A model generated the notes under the pieces. It had not been told where the DNA came from. It did not search any database and was given only the letters and a program-made list of their open reading frames with translations. Source: Nannocystales bacterium (GTDB taxonomy: Bacteria > Myxococcota_A > Polyangia > Nannocystales > Nannocystaceae). Taken from it: a stretch of DNA of 64,000 bases. Each line of letters opens with the position of its first letter. Within the stretch, counting starts at the first letter, position 1. A program made the position numbers and the translations under genes. Positions 57,242-64,000 of the stretch are shown piece by piece. The DNA lies in NCBI GenBank assembly GCA_050633305.1, contig JBOEGF010000022.1, forward strand, positions 32,001 through 96,000, read 5' to 3'.

Positions 57242-60010
57242 TCACCGGGACACACAGCTCGCGTCGGAGGCCTGGACGGAGGCGGCCAGGGTCGCGAGAT
57301 GGGTGAACGCCCGATACGAGTGGTAGTCCTGCATGAAGTCGTTGCGCCAGAACAGCTGGCGGTGAATCCAGAGAATGCCTGGCGACTCCGTACTCAGGGG
57401 GTCCTCATCCCACTGCCAGGACCAGTCGTGCCAGTCGTCGGGGATTGCCCGCAAAGAGGCGTCTGAGATGGCTCCGGTGTCGTCGGCGTCGGTGTGGTGG
57501 CAGTTGAGCCCAAGCACTCGGACCGCACGTTCGTAGTAGATGGATCCGGGTCCTTCGAGCGAGGCGAGGTAGGCCAAGGGGGCAAGGTGGTAGTAGACGG
57601 ACCCCGCGCTCCCGCTGGTGGTCAGCCCCATGGGATCGTTGTCCGCGGCGAGCGCGTTCGCAGCGATGCTCAGCGCTTCGAGCGCTCGGGGATCGCCAGT
57701 GCGCTCGTGTTCGTACATCAGCCCGGGCAACACGCGGACGAACACGTTGAAGTTGTCGCCCACATCGCCGAGCCCATCGAACTCCCCCCGGATGTACGCG
57801 GTGTCGTTCGTGTTGAGCCAGAGCAGCAGCTGCTCGTTGCGATCGGTGTAGCGGCTGTGGAGTTGTGGGTCGTCGTAGAACACGGCAGCAGCTCGCGAAA
57901 GCACGTCGATACCGTTGGCACCGCCGGTCCACTGGGGGTTGTCGGGGCCGTACCTCGTGATGAACTCGGCCGCCTCGTACAGCGCGTCGCGGGCCCGAGC
58001 GTCGCCCGAGAGGTAGTACCAAGTCTCCACGCCGGCGATGTGGCTGTACTCGGGCAAGCCGGCATAGCCGGAGAATGCTTGCCGTCCATGTCGGTGCTGG
58101 CTTCCGACGGTGAACTCCCGGTTGCGGCCGTTCCACGGCGTGTCGTCGATGCTCGATGCGTCCCCGTAGTGGACCATGCTCTGGTCTTGGGTGTGGCGTG
58201 CGAGGGCCTCCGCGTCGAGCAGGACGTCGGCGGAGGGAGCCCGAAGGTATTGCGCCCAGAGCTGGTTGCTCGGCTCCCCAGAGTTGCCCGACCACCCGTA
58301 GCGCCCCAGCTCGCTCCACGTGAAGGATGCGTTCCCACCGTCGAAGCGGCCCCGGATATCGCCGTAGTCCTCGATGCCAAACCACGCGAACTCGCGTCGT
58401 TGGTTGACGCGCATGAAGTCGGCGGTCACGCGAAGGGCTGCGTCCGCTCGCTGATGCGCTTGCGCGCCCGCGTCCAACGGAATGTGAAAACTTCCCAATC
58501 CCATGACTCGTGCTTCGGAGACCCAGCCTGCCGGAGGGGTGAGGGGCAAGGGTCCGGCGTCGAGGCCTTGGGCGGCGGTCCGCAGTGCGTCGTGGTCGGC
58601 GGTGCCCTCGAACGGAGTCCACATCCAGGTGTCGGTCACGCTCAATCCCTGCGCACCACGATCCGCCTCCCCACCCGTCTCGCCGTTGGCGGTGTCGAGG
58701 GTGTTGCTGTAACGAGCCAAGCTCCACGGCTCAGCGATGCGCGGATAGAGCTGAATCTCGATTCCATCGGGTTCGAGGGAGAGCGCTTTGGGGAATCGCT
58801 CCGCCATGTCGCGGAGGATCACGGCCTGACCGATCGAACCATCGGACCGCGATGCGATGCCGTGGGCGGGACCAGGCCGCGGTTGTCCATCGATGGTGTG
58901 CTCGTTCCATGCGAGTTGGGCGAGCTGCCCCGCTCCGGGCTCTCCTTCCACGGCGTCCTCGTTCCCGGACGCGGGGAGCCTGAACCCATAGGCCTGCACG
59001 CCATCACCTTGGGCTCCCGTGTAGACGAAGGTCTGCTCGAAACGCAGCTGCGGTTGGCCCCGCGTGGCATGGACACGCACGATGAACGTGCCCGCGCTTT
59101 GCCCGGTGTCCGAGAGGTGGGTGCCGGACACCCGTACGACCGCGTGCACCGGGCCTTGTTCCTCGACGACGACTTCGAGGGCGAACGGGTCATAACGATT
59201 GGCCGCGCGGTCGAGGTTCTCTGAGCCCCAGTTTCGGTACGCCTCGATCGCGTCGCCGCTGGCCGGGACCGTGCTGGGCTGCAGACGGGCGCCGAGGTAT
59301 TCGGTGTCTCCGACGGCCACGAACGGACCACGATCCGTGCCGCTGGGGAGGTCGAGGACGAGGACGTCGTCCAGCCACGCGCGGCGCAGGACCGACCCAC
59401 TGAGCCTGTCGATCTCGACCCGCAAAGGACCGGTATCGAGGAGCACGGCGTCTTCGGTCTGGAGGACGGACAGGGGCGACGACACCTCTGCGGGCTCATC
59501 GGGGACACGCAACACGAGCTCCTTGGTCTCGTCGGCGTCGAGGTCCGCGGTGGTGTCGAGTAGAACCCAACGCCTGGACCCGTCCGGCCACTGCGCCAAG
59601 TCGCGCGCTTGGGTCGGCCAGACGCTTCCGTCCGCGTCGACCAAGCGTAGCGGCTCCTCGGCGTCGACGAGGCCTTGCGGAAGCGGAACGCCCCAACGGA
59701 CGTGCGCCCCATCCCGGCGGGTCCCGGCTGGCTCGTGCAGGGAGAGCGCGACGACGTCTCGACCCTCTGGGTTCGGGTCGTCGGTGTCGGCCGTCCCGGT
59801 TTCTCCGGCCGTCTCGGTGTCCTCGGACTCTGAACTTTCGCCGCCTTCGCTGGCTGACGGGGTGTCGGCGCTGGTTTCTGTGCCCCCCGATGTGCTCTCG
59901 GTTCCCGAACTCGCTCCGTCGCTCGCTCCGTTGTCGTCGGTACACGCGCTCATCAGGAGTCCGGCGAAGGCTGCAGCGAGGGTCCGAATGCGGGGTCCGT
60001 GGGGGCGCAC
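57242..60010 (-). CDS. Large lipoprotein resembling exo-rhamnogalacturonan lyase (YetA/PcRGLX, PL26-like)
   Basis: LLMSAC lipobox; S/T/E linker; WGVPLPQG, Q...LA.WPDGS.RW, VEEQGPV, WFGIEDYGD and GSQHRHG. Confidence 0.7.
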   Translation of the reverse strand: MRPHGPRIRTLAAAFAGLLMSACTDDNGASDGASSGTESTSGGTETSADTPSASEGGESSESEDTETAGETGTADTDDPNPEGRDVVALSLHEPAGTRRDGAHVRWGVPLPQGLVDAEEPLRLVDADGSVWPTQARDLAQWPDGSRRWVLLDTTADLDADETKELVLRVPDEPAEVSSPLSVLQTEDAVLLDTGPLRVEIDRLSGSVLRRAWLDDVLVLDLPSGTDRGPFVAVGDTEYLGARLQPSTVPASGDAIEAYRNWGSENLDRAANRYDPFALEVVVEEQGPVHAVVRVSGTHLSDTGQSAGTFIVRVHATRGQPQLRFEQTFVYTGAQGDGVQAYGFRLPASGNEDAVEGEPGAGQLAQLAWNEHTIDGQPRPGPAHGIASRSDGSIGQAVILRDMAERFPKALSLEPDGIEIQLYPRIAEPWSLARYSNTLDTANGETGGEADRGAQGLSVTDTWMWTPFEGTADHDALRTAAQGLDAGPLPLTPPAGWVSEARVMGLGSFHIPLDAGAQAHQRADAALRVTADFMRVNQRREFAWFGIEDYGDIRGRFDGGNASFTWSELGRYGWSGNSGEPSNQLWAQYLRAPSADVLLDAEALARHTQDQSMVHYGDASSIDDTPWNGRNREFTVGSQHRHGRQAFSGYAGLPEYSHIAGVETWYYLSGDARARDALYEAAEFITRYGPDNPQWTGGANGIDVLSRAAAVFYDDPQLHSRYTDRNEQLLLWLNTNDTAYIRGEFDGLGDVGDNFNVFVRVLPGLMYEHERTGDPRALEALSIAANALAADNDPMGLTTSGSAGSVYYHLAPLAYLASLEGPGSIYYERAVRVLGLNCHHTDADDTGAISDASLRAIPDDWHDWSWQWDEDPLSTESPGILWIHRQLFWRNDFMQDYHSYRAFTHLATLAASVQASDASCVSR

Positions 60011-60061
60011 GTCTCAGGGACGCCCCCGGAGCTCGCGATGGCTCAAAAAACGTCCCGGCCC

Positions 60062-61141
60062 TCAGCCCCGGAGCTGAATGCCGATCCACCCATCGAGCAG
60101 AGGGTGTCCCGCGCGGGCGACCGAGGCCGCCCCGGTGCGGATATCGAGACCGGGCAGGGCCCACGAAGCCCCCGCTCGCGCGACGACGGCGAGTCGAGCA
60201 CGGAGCCGAACGCTCCCGCCGAGGGTGGCACTGAGCAGCCCGACGATCGTCTGCGCCTTCGCCTGCTCCGCCCAGGCCACTGCGGCGCCGCCTCCGAGTC
60301 CCGCCGATGCCGAGACGCGTCGCTGGGCCCAGCCCCACCACATGGCATGGGTTCGCAGGAGCATCCAACCCACGCGGTCGGCGGGGTCTGCAACATCGCT
60401 GCGGACTGCGGTGACCATCGTGTTGGCTTCGAGTCCCAGCTGTTGGCGCTGGCCCCAGCCGTATCCGGCGCCCAGGGACGGACCGGCCATGACTCGGAGG
60501 CCGCCCGGGGACCCGCTGGGACCGAACCCGAGGGAGACCCGCCAACGCGGCGCAGTGGGTTGGTGCTGTGATGCTGCGGGAGGCGCGGGCGGGAGGGGAG
60601 CGGGTTGCGGAGGCGCGGGGTCGGACGGCTGCGCGTCGGGCACGGGTTGCATCGACGCGGCCACGGCCAGTTCGGCGGCTTGCACCGCGAGCATCTCCGC
60701 GCTCTCGCCGTTGCGAACGGGGACCTCGAGTGTGCGTCCCACCGCGGTTCCGGAGGCGTTTCTGTCCCACCACACCAGCGCCGCACCGCCGGTGGTGTCC
60801 TCGAGAAACACCGCCACACCCAGGACGTCCGGGTCGTCGAGCGCCGTTCGTACCCACGGTGGCATCGCCGTCGCTGCCGAGGGGTCGGGTGCGAACTCCG
60901 GAGGGGGCGGATGGTCTCGGGTCTCGAATCCCTCGGTCCGCAGTTCGGCCCGTACCCTGCGCAGTGCGGGCGTCCAGGCATCGGATGCGGAGGCGAGAAC
61001 GATGAGCACGACCCTGGCCCGGGAGGTTTGCTCCGTCGGCGCCGCTGCCCGGGCGACCGAGATGGAGCCGGGTCCAACCAGGGACGCCATCAACAGCCCG
61101 ACCGACGCCGTCCGAGCATTGCTCCACCTACGGAGCGTCAC
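60062..61141 (-). CDS. Exported protein with C-terminal beta-strand-rich (OMP-like) domain
   Basis: Signal-like N-terminus, RVRAELRTEGF, Pro-rich linker and alternating beta pattern. Start estimated at GTG 61141. Confidence 0.6.
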   Translation of the reverse strand: MTLRRWSNARTASVGLLMASLVGPGSISVARAAAPTEQTSRARVVLIVLASASDAWTPALRRVRAELRTEGFETRDHPPPPEFAPDPSAATAMPPWVRTALDDPDVLGVAVFLEDTTGGAALVWWDRNASGTAVGRTLEVPVRNGESAEMLAVQAAELAVAASMQPVPDAQPSDPAPPQPAPLPPAPPAASQHQPTAPRWRVSLGFGPSGSPGGLRVMAGPSLGAGYGWGQRQQLGLEANTMVTAVRSDVADPADRVGWMLLRTHAMWWGWAQRRVSASAGLGGGAAVAWAEQAKAQTIVGLLSATLGGSVRLRARLAVVARAGASWALPGLDIRTGAASVARAGHPLLDGWIGIQLRG

Positions 61142-62282
61142 CCAGAGTCTTTCGTGCGAGGTCCACGTAGGTCCCCTGCGGATCGTCTTGGAGCACTTCG
61201 CGGGCCACAGAGCGCGCCGCGGCATGCTCTCCTCGCCGTCGCAGGACCCCGAGAAGCCGGCCCCGGGCTTCGGCGCGTAGGGAGCCCTGGGCGTTGCTTT
61301 CGAGGTACGTTCGGTACCAGGTTGCGGCGTCCTCGAGCCGGGCTTCGCGCTCCGCCTGGCGCCCCAGATAGAACGCCGCGCGTCGTGCTTCTCGGGACTT
61401 GGGAAACCTGCGCCGAAGCGTCTGCAACACCGCGATGCTGTCCTGGGGGGCGCCCCCGAGGCGCGCGACGTCGGCGAGGAGTTTGAGCTCGGCCTTCGAC
61501 AACGAGCCCGTCTTCTTCAGGGCGTTCGCCCCGGTGGCCTGCGCGAGGGCGTCGACGTATCGACCGTCCTTCGCGAGGCGTTTCCAGGCCTGGTCTCGGC
61601 GTCCGTCCACTCCCCTGGGTGCCTTGCTTGGTCCCTCGTCCGATGTTTCGTCGGCGCCCTTGGAGATGGTCCGCGTCGAAGTGATGACAACTTCAGAGCC
61701 GTGGACGCGAGCCTGGTACCCAGCGACGACGATGTGGGTCGCTGTTGCGACGTGCACAGACACCGATCCCTCCTCCACGCGCACATCGAGGGCGTCCGCC
61801 GTCGGCTCCCATGTGAACGTGACCCGAGCGTCCGCGTCCACATCGATCCGGTGCACGCCAGCCACGACTTCGCGAGCGGCGCTCGGGGCCAGCTCGACGG
61901 TCCCCGAGGCGAGCTGCAGGGGGCTGGAACTCACGGGCGCGTTCGCGGGATCGGAACGATCCGGATTCGAGCTTGGGGACACGATGGTCGGGCCCGCAGG
62001 CGCTCGGCGCTTCGAGGAGGCGATCGGGGTCGGCTTGGCCTGGGCGGGGGGCGCTTGCTCACCTCGGAGCCAGAGCACAGCCGCGGCGGCCACCGCCAGC
62101 GCACCGATGCCCGCCCACTTGAAGCTGGGAGCCCAGGCCGCCGTGTGACCTTGTGGCGCGGCTGCGGCTGCCGCGACCACGGCAGCACGTTGGCGAAGCC
62201 GATCGACGCCGGCATCCTGCTGCTGCGCTCGGCGCACCTCTGCGCCGAGCTTCCGCAGTCCACGGTGGTCCGAACCGGTCAT
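61128..62282 (-). CDS. FecR-like anti-sigma factor with C-terminal TPR
   Basis: Single TM; LASGTVE and VRVEEGSVSV; TPR motif LRRRFPKS..A..AAFYLG; coupled to the ECF gene. Confidence 0.75.
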   Translation of the reverse strand: MTGSDHRGLRKLGAEVRRAQQQDAGVDRLRQRAAVVAAAAAAPQGHTAAWAPSFKWAGIGALAVAAAAVLWLRGEQAPPAQAKPTPIASSKRRAPAGPTIVSPSSNPDRSDPANAPVSSSPLQLASGTVELAPSAAREVVAGVHRIDVDADARVTFTWEPTADALDVRVEEGSVSVHVATATHIVVAGYQARVHGSEVVITSTRTISKGADETSDEGPSKAPRGVDGRRDQAWKRLAKDGRYVDALAQATGANALKKTGSLSKAELKLLADVARLGGAPQDSIAVLQTLRRRFPKSREARRAAFYLGRQAEREARLEDAATWYRTYLESNAQGSLRAEARGRLLGVLRRRGEHAAARSVAREVLQDDPQGTYVDLARKTLGDAP

Positions 62283-62908
62283 GTGCCAGCCTCCCACCGG
62301 GTCCCGCGTTGGATACGGTCGAGCAACTCGGGGTCTCGCTGTGCGCGTCGAAGGAAGCGTTCGTTGGCCCGGCGGAGCCGTCGCTTGACCGTGGCCACCG
62401 AGCACCCACACACGCTGGCGATCTCGGCCAGCGGCCGTTCGTCGACGTAGCGGAACAGGAACACGATCCGGTCATCGGGCGGCAGGTCGTGTACGGTCGC
62501 GTAGAACCGTTTCAGCAACGCACGCCCTTCGAGGTCTTCGCCGGGTGCAGGGACCTCGGTGGTGTCGTCGCTGCCCGTGAGGTTGAGCCACCGCCAGCGT
62601 CTGCGTCGGCGAAGCTCGTCGCGGGTTGTGTTGGCCGCGATGGCCACGAGCCATGGGCGGAGCGCGGCGCGCTCGCGCAGCCCATCGAGTTTCTCCAGGG
62701 CGACGGAGAACACGCGCTGCACGATGTCGTCATGCTCGGGGTCTGGACCCAAGAGACTCCGCACCACCCGGTTGACGTCTGCGCCGTGCCGGTCGTACAG
62801 CACCGCGGCCAGCTCCGCGCCTTCGAGCTCGAACACGGCGGCGTCATCGGCCGACGGGGGAGGCTTGCCGGAGGCAGCCTTCGGGGTAGGGGAGAGGGAC
62901 CGGTTCAC
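62279..62908 (-). CDS. ECF sigma factor
   Basis: HDDIVQRVF, LRPWLVAIA and LAEIASVCGCSVATVKRRLRRA. Start estimated. Confidence 0.88.
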   Translation of the reverse strand: MNRSLSPTPKAASGKPPPSADDAAVFELEGAELAAVLYDRHGADVNRVVRSLLGPDPEHDDIVQRVFSVALEKLDGLRERAALRPWLVAIAANTTRDELRRRRRWRWLNLTGSDDTTEVPAPGEDLEGRALLKRFYATVHDLPPDDRIVFLFRYVDERPLAEIASVCGCSVATVKRRLRRANERFLRRAQRDPELLDRIQRGTRWEAGT

Positions 62909-62997
62909 GGAGTGTTGCCTCCATGGTGCCGGTGTCGAGCCCGTGGGGTCCAGCCCGGACGGCGCAGGCATCGGAATTGGAGATACAGTCGTGGGCG

Positions 62998-64000
62998 ATG
63001 CGGGAGGGCTGGGCCAAGCGGACGGTGGTGGGAGCGATCTTCGCGACGCTCGCCGGATGCTCGAACGCTGGGGTTCTCCAGCTCGGCGAGGGTGATGCCG
63101 GCTCGACAAGTGGGCCGGGGACGAGCTCGGGAACCGGTGGCGAGGAGACGGAGGGTGGGTCGAGCACGATGGGGTCGAGCACGACAGACCCCGCAGCGGC
63201 GGACGGGTGTTGGAGCGTCCCGGTGGACGCCCCGACGTTCATGGTTGCCGCAGACGGCGTCGATGCGACCGGCGACGGAACATCGATGTCGCCGTGGGCG
63301 ACGCTGAGCCACGCCGTCACTCAGGTTCCCGACGGTGCGGTCATCGAAGTGGGGCCCGGCGAGTACGTCGGGCCGCAGGAGCTGCTCGGAGAGTTCGACC
63401 TCGGCATCACGGTTCGTGCGGTACCGCCCTATCAGGCCCGCCTGCGCCACAGCGGTCCCGTTGTCACGCTGGCCCGGGCCCAGGGCATCACCGTGGAGGG
63501 CTTCGACATCGCCCACGTTGGCCAAGGGGCGGGGCGTTTCGTGGTGCACGTCCGTGACGACTACGATGGGCCTGGAGGCGACACGTTCACCACCCGTGTC
63601 GTGCTTCGGGACAACATCATCCACGACAGTTTCAACGACGACTTGCTGCGTATCGACAGCGGGACGGCTGGGATCACGGTCGAGGGGAACGTCTTTTACA
63701 ACCAAGGTCCGAGCAACGAGCACGTCGACGTGAACGCTGCGTCCGAGGTCGACTTGCGGGGGAACATCTTCTTCAACGACTTCGCCGCATCCGGGCGGGT
63801 CAATGCGCGCGACACTGCGAGCTTCATCGCCGTCAAAGATGCCAACGGTGCGGACGATGAAGTCTCCGGTGCATCGTCGATTCACATCGACGGCAACATC
63901 TTCATGGGCTGGCAAGGCACCGCGGCGACGAACTTCGTGCAGCTGGCCGAGAACGGGTACGCGTTCTACGAAGCGCGGGACGTTTTGGTGCAGAACAATC
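62998..64000 (+). CDS. Lipoprotein with right-handed parallel beta-helix (pectate-lyase-like), truncated at the window edge
   Basis: Read by hand, absent from the ORF track: MREGWAKRTVVGAIFATLAGC, G/S/T linker, GDGTSMSPWATLSHA..GAVIEVGPGEY, ITVEGFDI, DNIIHD, GNVFYN and GNIF repeats. Confidence 0.8.
   Translation, partial: MREGWAKRTVVGAIFATLAGCSNAGVLQLGEGDAGSTSGPGTSSGTGGEETEGGSSTMGSSTTDPAAADGCWSVPVDAPTFMVAADGVDATGDGTSMSPWATLSHAVTQVPDGAVIEVGPGEYVGPQELLGEFDLGITVRAVPPYQARLRHSGPVVTLARAQGITVEGFDIAHVGQGAGRFVVHVRDDYDGPGGDTFTTRVVLRDNIIHDSFNDDLLRIDSGTAGITVEGNVFYNQGPSNEHVDVNAASEVDLRGNIFFNDFAASGRVNARDTASFIAVKDANGADDEVSGASSIHIDGNIFMGWQGTAATNFVQLAENGYAFYEARDVLVQNN

Noticed and set aside
1..64000. Mobile elements, prophage, tRNA or rRNA genes
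   Set aside because: No transposase, integrase or phage motifs, terminal repeats or tRNA/rRNA signatures seen.

Overview
High-GC, gene-dense window. The gene content suggests a myxobacterium, probably Nannocystaceae-like (inference): Ser/Thr kinases, an ECF/FecR-TPR cassette, TIGR02265-like proteins, many Cys-rich lipoproteins and an oxidosqualene cyclase. There are about 52 genes and no rRNA, tRNA, CRISPR or transposase. Main blocks: (1) cstA - Ser/Thr kinase - bioA; (2) a divergent sigma54 signalling operon at 7.9-13.4 kb (stand-alone H-box protein, REC-AAA activator, TPR-histidine kinase, stand-alone receiver); (3) a MutH-like nuclease converging on an ORF-free 880-bp region; (4) a DCTAE-type triterpene cyclase with non-canonical motifs; (5) a ~14 kb sulfur/anion island (rhodanese-carbonic anhydrase-like lipoprotein, YeeE pair, two SulP, persulfide dioxygenase-rhodanese, porin, Tat-less Psr-like molybdoenzyme); (6) Tat-TldD/TldE, kinase-CBM9-CAP genes and mtnP-pfkB; (7) an ECF/FecR cassette flanked by polysaccharide-lyase-like lipoproteins. 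The most striking unexplained signal is the ORF-free region in block 3. Its minus strand looks like a complete sigma54 transcription unit (enhancer-like sites, IHF-like site, -24/-12 promoter, terminator) producing a ~520-nt pyrimidine-rich non-coding RNA with repeated UAG-ended units. All calls come from reading motifs by eye; no database searches were run.
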